24,000 nt of DNA from Hypericibacter adhaerens (GCF_008728835.1 NZ_CP042582.1:3684217-3708216), one strand, 5' to 3'. Counted from the stretch's first letter, positions 8,286-20,244 are shown. Notes: generated from the letters alone by a model not told the origin. Program-made: numbers and translations.

Positions 8286-9833
8286 TCATTCCCACTCGAT
8301 CGTCCCCGGCGGCTTCGACGTCACGTCATAGACCACACGGTTGATGCCGCGCACCTCGTTCACGATCCGCGTCGAGACGCGGCCGAGGAAGTCCATCGGG
8401 AAGGGGAAGAAGTCCGCGGTCATGCCGTCCGTGGAGGTCACGGCGCGGAGCGCACAGACCTGATCATAAGTACGGGCATCGCCCATCACGCCGACGGTGC
8501 GCACGGGCAGGAGGACCGCGAAGGCCTGCCAGATCGCGTCATAGAGGCCGGCATTCTCGATCTCCTGCAGGAAGATCGCGTCGGCCTTCCTGAGGATGTC
8601 GAGCTTCTCCTTCGTGATGCTGCCCAGCACGCGGATGGCGAGGCCGGGGCCGGGGAAGGGATGGCGGCGCACCATGCGCTCGGGCAGGCCCAGCTCGCGG
8701 CCGAGCTCCCTCACCTCGTCCTTGAAGAGCTCGCGCAGGGGCTCGACCAGCTTCATGCGCATGCGCTCCGGCAGACCCCCAACGTTATGATGTGACTTGA
8801 TCGTCACGCTGGGGCCGCCGGTGAAGGAGACGGATTCGATCACGTCGGGATAGAGCGTGCCCTGCGCCAGGAAATCGGCGCCGCCGATCTTCCTCGCCTC
8901 CTCCTCGAACACGTCGATGAAGAGCCGGCCGATGGTCTTGCGCTTGAGCTCGGGCTCCTCGGTCAGCGCCAGCTCGCCCAGGAAGAGATGCGAGGCGTCG
9001 CGATGCACCAGCGGGATGTTGTAATGGCCGCGGAAGAGCTCGACCACCTGCTCCGCCTCGCCCTGCCGCAACAGGCCGTGATCGACGAAGATGCAGGTGA
9101 GCTGGTCGCCGATCGCCTCGTGGATCAGCACGGCCGCGACCGAAGAATCGACGCCGCCCGAGAGCCCGCAGATCACGCGGCCCTTGCCCACCTGGCGGCG
9201 GATCGCCTCCACCGCCTGCTGGCGGAAGGCCGCCATGGTCCAGTCGCCCTCGGCCCCCACCACCTGGCGCACGAAATTGCGGATGAGCCGCGCGCCGTCG
9301 GGCGTATGCACCACCTCGGGATGGAACTGCACGCCATACATCCGGCGCTCGTCGTCGGCGATGGCGGCGAAGGGCGCGTTCTCGCTCACCGCCACGGTGC
9401 GGAAGCCCGGCGGCAGCTTCACCACCTTGTCGCCGTGGCTCATCCAGACCTGGTGCTTCTCGCCCGGCCGCCACAGCCCCTCGAAAAGGGCGCAAGGCTC
9501 CTTGATCTCGAGCAGGGCGCGGCCGAACTCGCGCGCCTCGCCGGCCTCGACCTTGCCGCCGAGCTGCTCGCAGATCGCCTGCTCGCCATAGCAGATGCCG
9601 AGCACCGGCGTGCCGAGCTCGAAGGCTTCCTTCGGCGCCTTGGGCGCATGGCCCTCATAGATCGAGGCGGGGCCGCCGGAGAGGATCACGCCCTTGGGCT
9701 TGAAGCTCCTGATGCGCTCGGGCGCCGCGTTGAAGGGGAGGATCTCGCAATAGACGCCGGCCTCGCGGACGCGCCGGGCGATGAGCTGGGTGACCTGGGA
9801 GCCGAAATCGAGGATGAGGATGCGATCGGTCAT
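8286..9833 (-). CDS. guaA: GMP synthase (glutamine-hydrolysing)
   Basis: Full-length 515 aa. It has the GATase domain ([20 protein letters not shown]...GICYGEQ...HPEV), the ATP-PPase P-loop ([10 protein letters not shown]) and the canonical C-terminus KPPGTIEWE. Confidence 0.97.
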   Translation of the reverse strand: MTDRILILDFGSQVTQLIARRVREAGVYCEILPFNAAPERIRSFKPKGVILSGGPASIYEGHAPKAPKEAFELGTPVLGICYGEQAICEQLGGKVEAGEAREFGRALLEIKEPCALFEGLWRPGEKHQVWMSHGDKVVKLPPGFRTVAVSENAPFAAIADDERRMYGVQFHPEVVHTPDGARLIRNFVRQVVGAEGDWTMAAFRQQAVEAIRRQVGKGRVICGLSGGVDSSVAAVLIHEAIGDQLTCIFVDHGLLRQGEAEQVVELFRGHYNIPLVHRDASHLFLGELALTEEPELKRKTIGRLFIDVFEEEARKIGGADFLAQGTLYPDVIESVSFTGGPSVTIKSHHNVGGLPERMRMKLVEPLRELFKDEVRELGRELGLPERMVRRHPFPGPGLAIRVLGSITKEKLDILRKADAIFLQEIENAGLYDAIWQAFAVLLPVRTVGVMGDARTYDQVCALRAVTSTDGMTADFFPFPMDFLGRVSTRIVNEVRGINRVVYDVTSKPPGTIEWE

Positions 9834-9875
9834 GATGTGATCAACCCGGGGCGCCCTTTCAGCGGAAGGCGCGCA

Positions 9876-10547
9876 TCATTCCCCGTTCGCCCCCCTGCCG
9901 CAAGCTTCGATCAGGCCCCGGATGTCGGCCCAGCCATAGGCCGTCTCGCGCGGCCGGCAGTCCGCCATAAGCACTTGGCCGGACGCGATGATTTCGCCGC
10001 CGATCCGGGCGAAGAAGGACCGGTTGGGATTGTCCTCGAAACACCAGAGCAGAAGCCGCCCGGCCCCGTCGGCCGCGAGCCGCGCCGCCAGCGCCTTCAC
10101 GAGTCGCCTTCCCCAGCCGCGGCGCTGCCAGTCGGGCGCCATATAGACGGAATAGATCTCGGCCGCGCTCACCGCGGGTCCGGAGCCTCGGGGCGGGGCG
10201 GTGATTCCGAAGGCCTGCGGCGCGAAGACTCCAGGGGCCTGCGGCGCGTTGGGGGCGCCCTCGATCGGGCCCTCATGCGGACGGACCGGCCCGCCCGAGG
10301 CGAAGCCCACGACGCGATCGGCCACCTCGACCACGAAGGTGTATTGCCCGCGCCGCTCGCGCGCGAGCTTGCGCCGCCAGGCCTCGCGCCGCCAATGCTC
10401 GTCGCGCGCCTCGATCGCCGAGGCCGGCAGGAAGCCCGCATAGCAGCGATGCCAGCCCGCGGCATGGATCGCGGCGATGCTGTCGGCATCGAGGAAGTCG
10501 GCCTCGCGGAGGGCGATGGCGGGAGGCTTCTTCTTGGCGGCGATCAT
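9876..10547 (-). CDS. GNAT-family N-acetyltransferase
   Basis: The acetyl-CoA motif region is YSVYMAPDWQRRGWGRRLVKALAARL...LLLWCFEDNPNRSFFARIGGE. It lies 42 bp upstream of guaA on the same strand. Confidence 0.8.
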   Translation of the reverse strand: MIAAKKKPPAIALREADFLDADSIAAIHAAGWHRCYAGFLPASAIEARDEHWRREAWRRKLARERRGQYTFVVEVADRVVGFASGGPVRPHEGPIEGAPNAPQAPGVFAPQAFGITAPPRGSGPAVSAAEIYSVYMAPDWQRRGWGRRLVKALAARLAADGAGRLLLWCFEDNPNRSFFARIGGEIIASGQVLMADCRPRETAYGWADIRGLIEACGRGANGE

Positions 10548-10569
10548 GAGCGGTGGATCGTGCGTTGAT

Positions 10570-10694
10570 CCCCTCCCCCCTCGAGGGGGAGGGTTAGGGA
10601 GGGGGATGACGCGATAGAGGACATGAGTGCACCAGGTTCTTGCTTCATCGACCGAGTCATCCCCCTCCCTGCCCTCCCCCTCGAGGGGGAGGGG
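10570..10694. repeat. Inverted doublet of a G/C-run palindromic element, variant family with CTCGAG loops
   Basis: The left unit is cccctcccccctcgagggggagggttagggagggggatgac at 10570-10610. The right unit is its near reverse complement, gtcatccccctccctgccctccccctcgagggggagggg, at 10656-10694. Confidence 0.85.
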
Positions 10695-10725
10695 ACAAAA
10701 GAATGCCCGCTCCCTTCGTCCTCCT

Positions 10726-11289
10726 TCACCCCCGCTTCACCCGCTCGCCGCGGCAGGCGGGCGGAAGCACGGCGAGGTCGGGCCAGCCATAGGCGATCTC
10801 GGGGAGCGAGACCTGCCAGAGCTTCTCCTCGCGCTCGCCGAGCCGCTCGCCGCCCATCGCCTCGTAGAAGAAGCGCGAGGGGTTCTGCGCCAGGACCCAG
10901 AGGAAGGCACCCTGCCGGCCGCTGCGCTTGAGCCAGCGCAGCGAGGCGCAGAGGAGCCGCCGCCCGATGCCCTGCTCCTGCCAGTCGGGATGGACATAGA
11001 GCGTGTGGATCTCGCCGTCGATGCCGAGCGAGCTGCTGTCGGCGCGCCCGCAGGAGGCGAAGCCCACGAGCCCCGCCTGGGGCATCTCCGCCACCAGCAC
11101 CGCCTCGCCGGTCTGGGGCCGCAGCAGCATGCGCCGCCATTGCGAGGCCTTGCCGTCGGCCGACATCTCGACCAGCACCTGGTCCGGCACGATCCCGGCA
11201 TAGGTGGCGCGCCAGGTCTCGACATGGACGCGCCCGATGCTGCGCGCATCGGCCGGCCCGGCGCGCCGGATCCTGAGTTCGTCGATCAT
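10726..11289 (-). CDS. GNAT-family N-acetyltransferase, paralogue of the neighbouring gene
   Basis: The sequence is MIDELRIRRAGPADARSIGRVHVETWRATYAGIVP...HTLYVHPDWQEQGIGRRLLCASLRWL...FLWVLAQNPSRFFYEAMGGE. The ORF is open upstream to 11520, but that part translates the repeat element, so I use the Met at 11289. Confidence 0.8.
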   Translation of the reverse strand: MIDELRIRRAGPADARSIGRVHVETWRATYAGIVPDQVLVEMSADGKASQWRRMLLRPQTGEAVLVAEMPQAGLVGFASCGRADSSSLGIDGEIHTLYVHPDWQEQGIGRRLLCASLRWLKRSGRQGAFLWVLAQNPSRFFYEAMGGERLGEREEKLWQVSLPEIAYGWPDLAVLPPACRGERVKRG

Positions 11290-11381
11290 GGGCGCCAAGA
11301 TGGAAGGGGGCGGGGAGTCTGTCAAATCGGGTGAAACGGAGCTCGGGCCTTGCGGCCCTTCGTAAAATTGAACAAGAAGCT

Positions 11382-11578
11382 CCCTCCCCCTACCCCCTCC
11401 CGCAAGGGGAGGGGGCTGGAAACACCGTGTCTCGGCCTTTGACGAAAACGCGAAGTCGATAGATCTCGCGCCCCCGCCCGCAAGGAGGCATGAAATTTGC
11501 CCATAGCGCGCGGTCATCAAAAGCTGACGTGAGATGTACCCAGCCCCCTCCCCTTGCGGGAGGGGGTAGGGGGAGGGG
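11382..11578. repeat. REPIN-like inverted doublet, main family
   Basis: ccctccccctaccccctcccgcaaggggagggggctgg at 11382-11419 and its exact 38-nt reverse complement at 11541-11578. The roughly 120-bp spacer holds a degenerate third copy (cgcccccgcccgcaaggaggc, 11468-11489). Confidence 0.9.
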
Positions 11579-11694
11579 CCGCGCCGCTCTCAATCACCCC
11601 ACCAATGCCCCGGTTTCGCCGCGAACCCACCTTACCCGCGCCATGGGACCGGGTTCCTCTTACCGGCGTTCCGCGAAGAACCAGGGGACCTTCC

Positions 11695-13155
11695 ATGACC
11701 GACACCGCTCCCAGGCTGCCCGGGCTTTCCGGCTGGCTCGGCCGGCTTGCCTTCAATCTCCATATCGCCGGGATCGTGGCGATCGCGCTCCTGCTGCTGA
11801 TCCCGCTCTCGATGGTGCGCGACCTGATCAACGAGCGCTCCTACCGGCAGCAGGAGGTGCAGAGCGGCATCGCCGCCGAATGGGGCGGCGCCCAGACGCT
11901 GGTGGGTCCCATCCTCAAGGTGCCCTACCGGGTGAAGCCCGCGCCCAACCAGCCGGAGCGGCTCTCGGCCGCCTTCTACCTGCCGCAGACGCTCGACGCG
12001 ACGCTCTCCTTCACCCACGAGATGCGCTACCGCGCGGTGTTCGAGGTCCCGGTCTATCGCGCCCATGGCACGCTCGCCGGCAGCTTCCCGCCGGCCGCGA
12101 GCCTGCCGGTGCCGGCCGACGCCACGGCGATGCTGTGGGACCAGGCGGTGCTGCTGATGGGCGTGGGCGATCTCGCCGGCATCGACAGCGACCCCGCGCT
12201 CACCTGGCGCGGCCAGCCCGCCGCCTTCGCGCCCGGCAGCGCCGCCCCCGCCATCCCCGGCATGCAGGCGCCGCTGCCGCCGCTCACCATGACGGACAGC
12301 GAGCCGATGTCGTTCTCGATCGATCTCGCGGTGCGCGGCACCGACCGGCTCCTGCTGGTGCCGGTCGGCGCCGCCTCGACGCTGTCGCTCACCGGCGACT
12401 GGCCGCATCCGGGTTTCCTCGGCACGCTGCCGGGCCAGCGCGAGGTGACCAAGACCGGCTTCACCGCGAGCTGGAGCCTCTCCTATCTCGCGCGCGGCTT
12501 CCCGCAGCACTGGACCGAAGCGACGGAGGCGCAGCCCGCAACCGCGCCGAGCGGCTATGACAGCGCGGGCTATTCACCGGGCTATGACGACCGCAACGGC
12601 GTCGCCTCGGCGATGATGGCTTCGTCGGTCGGCATGACGCTGGTGCAGCCGGTCGATTTCTATCATGTGAGCGAGCGGGCGGCGAAGTTCGGCTTCCTGT
12701 TCGTGGCGGCGATGTTCGGCACGGTGTTCGTGATCGAGCTCGCCTCGGGGCGGCGCGTGCATGTGGTGCAGTATCTGCTGATCGGCGCGGCGATCGCCCT
12801 CTTCTTCTGCCTGCTGCTCGCGCTCTCCGAGGTGATCGGGTTCACGCCCGCCTATCTCCTCGCCGCGCTCATGACCACGGGCCTCATCGGCGCCTATCTC
12901 GCCCATATCGCGGGCAGCCGCCGGCGCGGCCTCATCGGGGCCGGCGTGCTCGCGGGGCTCTATGGCTATCTCTATGTGCTGCTGCAGCTCGAGGACATGT
13001 CGCTGCTCGCGGGCTCGCTCGGCCTCTTCGCCGCCCTCGCCGCCTTCATGTGGTTCACGCGCCATGTGGACTGGTTCCGCCTCGCGCCGAGCGCCGCGGC
13101 GGAGCTGACGGGGGGCGAGGCGCATGCGAAACCAGAGACGCCGATGCCAGGATGA
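11695..13155 (+). CDS. creD: Cell-envelope integrity inner-membrane protein CreD
   Basis: The CreD-type N-terminus is IVAIALLLLIPLSMVRDLINERSYRQQEVQSGIAAEWGGAQTLVGPILKVPY, and the C-terminal third is polytopic and hydrophobic. I chose the ATG at 11695 because the upstream part of the ORF translates the repeat. Confidence 0.8.
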   Translation: MTDTAPRLPGLSGWLGRLAFNLHIAGIVAIALLLLIPLSMVRDLINERSYRQQEVQSGIAAEWGGAQTLVGPILKVPYRVKPAPNQPERLSAAFYLPQTLDATLSFTHEMRYRAVFEVPVYRAHGTLAGSFPPAASLPVPADATAMLWDQAVLLMGVGDLAGIDSDPALTWRGQPAAFAPGSAAPAIPGMQAPLPPLTMTDSEPMSFSIDLAVRGTDRLLLVPVGAASTLSLTGDWPHPGFLGTLPGQREVTKTGFTASWSLSYLARGFPQHWTEATEAQPATAPSGYDSAGYSPGYDDRNGVASAMMASSVGMTLVQPVDFYHVSERAAKFGFLFVAAMFGTVFVIELASGRRVHVVQYLLIGAAIALFFCLLLALSEVIGFTPAYLLAALMTTGLIGAYLAHIAGSRRRGLIGAGVLAGLYGYLYVLLQLEDMSLLAGSLGLFAALAAFMWFTRHVDWFRLAPSAAAELTGGEAHAKPETPMPG

Positions 13156-13162
13156 TCCCTTC

Positions 13163-13259
13163 CCGTCATCCCCGCGAAAGCGGGGATCCATGCCTCAGCT
13201 GGTCCTGAATCCGCAAGATCTGCCGCAACCATGGATCCCCGCTTTCGCGGGGATGACGG
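13163..13259. repeat. Inverted doublet of a second palindromic element family, the class whose spurious translations read IPAFAGMT / MDPRFRGDDG
   Basis: ccgtcatccccgcgaaagcggggatccatg at 13163-13192 and its exact 30-nt reverse complement at 13230-13259, with a 37-bp spacer. Each unit has the hairpin tccccgc-gaaa-gcgggga. Confidence 0.9.
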
Positions 13260-13506
13260 CCTTGGCCATCATCAGCCTATCGAAAACCTCACCGTCTCCG
13301 CGGCGATCCGCACCGCCCGCGATCCATCATCGCAACGCAGGTATCCTTAACGCCCCCTTCGCGCTGTCGCGGAATTGACATGGATCAAAGCCGCGGGCGG
13401 CGTTCCTCTCCAGGATTTTTTTCCCGGGCGAGATCGAGCCGTCTTCGCACGCCGATGCGTGCGACCGATGGCGGGGGACTGAGCTTGCTGCGGTGTTCTC
13501 TTTCCC

Positions 13507-15456
<1,950 letters not shown>

Positions 15457-15469
15457 TGGCGGCAGTTAT

Positions 15470-15572
15470 TCCCTCCCCCGCTTTGCGGGGGAGGGTAAGG
15501 GAGGGGGATGACGCGATGTCGGAGACCGAGCAGCCCCCTTCCTAACCTTCCCCCGGGAAGACGGGGGAAGGG
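15470..15572. repeat. Inverted doublet, variant family with diverged, structure-preserving arms
   Basis: ccctcccccgctttgcgggggagggtaagggagggggatgacgcgat at 15470-15516, followed by the inverted variant cccccttcctaaccttcccccgggaagacgggggaagg at 15533-15570. Confidence 0.8.
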
Positions 15573-15588
15573 ACAGAACGCGTTGACC

Positions 15589-16911
15589 TCACTTCTCCCG
15601 TTCCAGCACCGCGACGAAGAATCCGTCCGTTCCCTGCCGCGCGGGCGAGAGCCTGAGGAACTCGCCCTCGGCGGGCCCCTCGCCGCCGATCGCGGTCCTC
15701 CACACGTCCGCGACCGGCACGACATGGAACTTGTCGTGGGTCTCGAGGAAGCGGCGGATCTGGCCTTCGTTCTCGGCCGGCAGCAGCGCGCAGGTGGCGT
15801 AGACGAGGCGGCCGCCCTGCTTCACCAGCCGCGCGGCGCTCTTGAGGATGCTCTCCTGAAGAGCGAGGAGTTCTTCGAGGTCGCCGGGCGCCAGGCGCCA
15901 TTTCTGGTCGGGGTTGCGCCGCCAGGTGCCGCTGCCGCTGCAGGGCGCGTCGACCAGCACGCGGTCGAAGGCGGCGGCATGGCGCTTGACCCAGGGATCG
16001 CGCTCGGTCGAGAGCGCGCGGCGCTCGACATTATGGACGCCCGCGCGCCTGAGCCGCGTCGAGGCGCGCAGGATGCGGCCCTCGAGCACGTCGCAGGCGA
16101 CGATATGACCCTTGTTCTGCATCTGCGCCGCGAGCGCGAGGGTCTTCCCGCCGGCGCCGGCGCAGAAATCGACCACGCGCTGGCCGGGCCGCGCATCGGT
16201 CAGGAGCGCCACGAGCTGAGAGCCCTCGTCCTGCACCTCGATGGCGCCCGACTTGAAGACCTCGAGGCTTGCGAGCGGCGGCCTGCCCTCGACCCGCAGG
16301 CCCCAGGGCGAGAGCGAGGTCGGCCGGGCCTCGACCTTCTCCGCCTTGAGCGCGCGGATGGCGGCCGTGCGGTCGGCCTTGAGCGCATTGACGCGGATGT
16401 CGGTCGCGGCCTCTTCCATGAGCGCCCGCATCTCGGATTCGAACCGATCGCCCAGCGCCGCGCGCAAGGGCGCGTCGAGCCATTCGGGATATTCGAAGCG
16501 GACCCAGTCCGGCTGCTCGGGGTGATCGAGCGTCTGGCCGGCGAGCGCCTTCAGCAGCGCCCGCTCCTCGCGCGACAAGAGCGCCGGGCGGTATTGCCCG
16601 CCATCGAAGCTGCCGGCGACGCGGTCGGCGTTCCAGCCCTCGATCAGGAGCAGTGCGGCGACGAGGCGGAGACGGTCGGTCTCCTCGGACCGCGGCGCCT
16701 CCGCCGGCCAGGCTCGGGCGATCCACCAGTCGAGCCGCGCGCGGGCGCGCAAGACCGCATAGATGAGCCCCAGCACCTCGCGCCGGTCGCCGCCGCCGAT
16801 ATAGCGCCGCGCGCGGAAGAACTCGTGCGCCGCGCGATCGGCCGGTGCCGTGCCGGCATGGATTGACGCGAGCAGCTCGATCGCGGCCTGGAGACGGGCG
16901 CCGGGGGTCAT
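15589..16911 (-). CDS. RsmB/NOP (Sun) family class I SAM-dependent RNA cytosine-C5 methyltransferase
   Basis: SAM-binding region VVDFCAGAGGKTLALAAQMQNKGHIVACDV and catalytic motifs FDRVLVDAPCSGSGTWRRNPD and LVYATCA. Confidence 0.9.
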   Translation of the reverse strand: MTPGARLQAAIELLASIHAGTAPADRAAHEFFRARRYIGGGDRREVLGLIYAVLRARARLDWWIARAWPAEAPRSEETDRLRLVAALLLIEGWNADRVAGSFDGGQYRPALLSREERALLKALAGQTLDHPEQPDWVRFEYPEWLDAPLRAALGDRFESEMRALMEEAATDIRVNALKADRTAAIRALKAEKVEARPTSLSPWGLRVEGRPPLASLEVFKSGAIEVQDEGSQLVALLTDARPGQRVVDFCAGAGGKTLALAAQMQNKGHIVACDVLEGRILRASTRLRRAGVHNVERRALSTERDPWVKRHAAAFDRVLVDAPCSGSGTWRRNPDQKWRLAPGDLEELLALQESILKSAARLVKQGGRLVYATCALLPAENEGQIRRFLETHDKFHVVPVADVWRTAIGGEGPAEGEFLRLSPARQGTDGFFVAVLEREK

Positions 16912-17022
16912 GGGGATGCACCGAGCGTGCGGCTTTCCCTCAAGCCGACACGACTGCTTCGCTCTGCTTTCGAGCTTCGAGCGAGCGCATCGATGGAGGA
17001 AGAGGTTCTAACCGGCGCGACA

Positions 17023-17147
17023 CCCCTCCCCCTACCCCCTCCCGCAAGGGGAGGGGGCGAGATTTTCTTCGATCTGCGCTGATGCCGAGAGAGCGGGCGA
17101 TAATTTTTCCGGCCCCCTCCCCTTGCGGGAGGGGGTAGGGGGAGGGG
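17023..17147. repeat. REPIN-like inverted doublet, main family
   Basis: cccctccccctaccccctcccgcaaggggaggggg at 17023-17057 and its exact 35-nt reverse complement at 17113-17147, with a 55-bp spacer. Confidence 0.9.
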
Positions 17148-17191
17148 TGACACGGGCGGGATCTCGAAAACGAAGCGCAGCGCCACCCTTC

Positions 17192-18700
<1,509 letters not shown>

Positions 18701-18970
18701 TCAAGCGGTCCCGTTTGAATAATGGCGCGCCATCATACACAGGAAGCTTTCAAAGCCAAGCGCCGAAACCCGCGGTTTCCGGGCCTTTCGGGCGGATCAG
18801 CCATGCGCCGGCAAAGGGGCTCCGCCGGCCGAGGGGCCGGGTCCGAAAGGAACCCCGATTGACCCAGGTCAGTGAGCCCCGGGGCCCCCCGCCCCTATCT
18901 TCCAACCCGGAACAAAGACCCCAGATGAATCAGGGTCTGCGTCGTTCATTGGGCGGAAAGGAAAGACACT

Positions 18971-19417
18971 ATGAAGCCGATCGTCACCTGGGTCCTCATC
19001 GCCGACGGCAAGCGCGCCACGGTCTGGAGCCATACGGGGCCGGGGCACGGCTTGAATCCGGTCAACGGCATGGCGTTCGAGACCGAGCTCCATGCCTCGC
19101 GCGACATCGTCTCGGACAAGCCGGGCCGGGTGCAGGAAAGCGCCTATTCCGCCCATCATGCGGTGGAGCCGGTCGACTATCACCGACTCGAGAAGGCGGC
19201 CTTCGCGCATGAGATCGCCAAGCGCCTCGACGCCGCGCTCGAGGCCGGGCAGTGCAAGCGCCTGCTGCTGGTGGCCCCGCCCCAGACGCTGGCCGAGCTG
19301 CGCCACTCCCTCTCGCCCAAGAGCCGCCAGGCGGTGATCGCCGAGGTCGACAAGGACCTCACCCATCTCAAGGGCACGGACATCGCGAAGCATCTGGAGA
19401 CGGTGCTGGCGGTGTGA
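18971..19417 (+). CDS. Host-attachment family protein (PF10116-like; proposed release-factor-like baeRF12 fold)
   Basis: The 148-aa sequence is MKPIVTWVLIADGKRATVWSH...SDKPGRVQESAYSAHHAVEPVDYHRLEKAAFAHEIAKRLDAALEAGQCKRLLLVAPPQTLAELR..., which matches my recollection of this family. AAGGAAAG lies upstream of the ATG. Confidence 0.7.
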   Translation: MKPIVTWVLIADGKRATVWSHTGPGHGLNPVNGMAFETELHASRDIVSDKPGRVQESAYSAHHAVEPVDYHRLEKAAFAHEIAKRLDAALEAGQCKRLLLVAPPQTLAELRHSLSPKSRQAVIAEVDKDLTHLKGTDIAKHLETVLAV

Positions 19418-19423
19418 CGAAGG

Positions 19424-19548
19424 CCCCTCCCCCTACCCCCTCCCGCAAGGGGAGGGGGCTGGAAAAAGCTCGCCGTCACTCTCTCAGCGTCAACGCCGTT
19501 CAAAGTACACACGCCCCCTCCCCTTGCGGGAGGGGGGAGGGGGAGGGG
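19424..19548. repeat. REPIN-like inverted doublet, main family
   Basis: cccctccccctaccccctcccgcaaggggagggggctgg at 19424-19462, and the inverted copy ccccctccccttgcgggaggggggagggggagggg at 19514-19548, which carries one T-to-G difference. Confidence 0.9.
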
Positions 19549-19557
19549 TTCGCGCCG

Positions 19558-20244
19558 CTACGCGCTGTTCCCGCCCCGGAACCCCGTCGCGATCACGTAG
19601 ATCTCGGCCGAGTCGGCGCGGCTGGCGGGCGGCTTCACGTGGCGCACCGTCTCGAAATCGCGCTTGAGCAGGTCGAGCAGGTCCTTGGTGGCGCCGCCCT
19701 GGAACAGCTTGCAGAGGAAGGCGCCGCCCGGCGCCAGCACCTCGGCCGCGAACTGATAGGCGGTCTCGGCCAGCGCCATGATGCGCAGATGGTCGGTGCG
19801 GCTATGGCCGATGGTGGGCGCCGCCATGTCGCTCAGCACCAGGTCGGCCGGCCCGTCGAGCGCCGCGCGGATCTTGGCCGGCGCCTCGTCGGCCATGAAG
19901 TCCTGCTGCATCACGGTCACGCCCGGCAGCGCATCCATCGGCAGGATGTCGACCGCGAGCACGCGGCCGCCGGGGCCGACCCGTTCGGCCGCCACCTGGC
20001 TCCAGCCACCCGGTGCCGCCCCCAGGTCGAGCACGCGGGCGCCCTTGCGCAGCAGTTTGTACTTGTCGTCGAGCTCGATCAGCTTGAAGGCCGCGCGCGA
20101 GCGCAGGCCCCGCCGCCTCGCCTCGGCGACATAGGGATCGTTGAGCTGGCGCTCGAGCCAGCGCGCGGAGGAGACGCTGCGCTTGTTCGCGGTCTTGACG
20201 CGGACCTTCGCCTGCCGGCCGGAGGGGCCTTTATCCTTTGGCAT
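19558..20244 (-). CDS. rlmE: 23S rRNA (uridine-2'-O)-methyltransferase RlmE (FtsJ/RrmJ)
   Basis: The sequence includes SSARWLERQLNDPYV..RSRAAFKLIELDDKYKLLRKGARVLDLGAAPGGWSQV...VLSDMAP...K.FQG. Confidence 0.92.
   Translation of the reverse strand: MPKDKGPSGRQAKVRVKTANKRSVSSARWLERQLNDPYVAEARRRGLRSRAAFKLIELDDKYKLLRKGARVLDLGAAPGGWSQVAAERVGPGGRVLAVDILPMDALPGVTVMQQDFMADEAPAKIRAALDGPADLVLSDMAAPTIGHSRTDHLRIMALAETAYQFAAEVLAPGGAFLCKLFQGGATKDLLDLLKRDFETVRHVKPPASRADSAEIYVIATGFRGGNSA

Noticed and set aside
8241-8795. 184-aa plus-strand ORF beginning in the int-guaA spacer and running antisense into guaA.
   Set aside because: It is mostly antisense to the highly conserved guaA C-terminal domain, and its composition is His/Asp/Leu/Arg-rich with no recognisable motif.
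8988-10568. 526-aa plus-strand ORF antisense to guaA and the first GNAT. Similar long ORFs are 15508..16866 and 16031..16921 (over the RsmB-like gene), 17123..18697 and 16908..18740 (over guaB), 13380..14717, 14200..15225, 13327..14157 (over the kinase), 11632..12510 (over creD), and 20608..21387 and 20802..21650 (over ppx/gppA).
   Set aside because: All overlap genes with unmistakable family signatures. All have Arg/Ala/Gly/Pro/His-dominated low-complexity composition, typical of stop-free alternate frames in roughly 70% GC DNA. No recognisable domain motifs were seen.
11490-12560. 356-aa ORF with an apparently perfect AAGGAGG Shine-Dalgarno (11482-11488) just before its ATG.
   Set aside because: The SD-like string is the loop and arm of a degenerate repeat copy (cgcccccgcccgcaaggaggc) and lies only 1 nt from the ATG. 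The ORF then translates the next repeat unit (PPPLAGGGRGRG) and runs out of frame across creD.
12574-13378. ORFs 12574..13191 (-), 12972..13232 (-) and 13124..13378 (+), containing MDPRFRGDDG and IPAFAGMT peptides.
   Set aside because: These peptides are the well-known mistranslation of the palindromic repeat at 13163-13259. The remaining sequence overlaps creD antisense or is low complexity.
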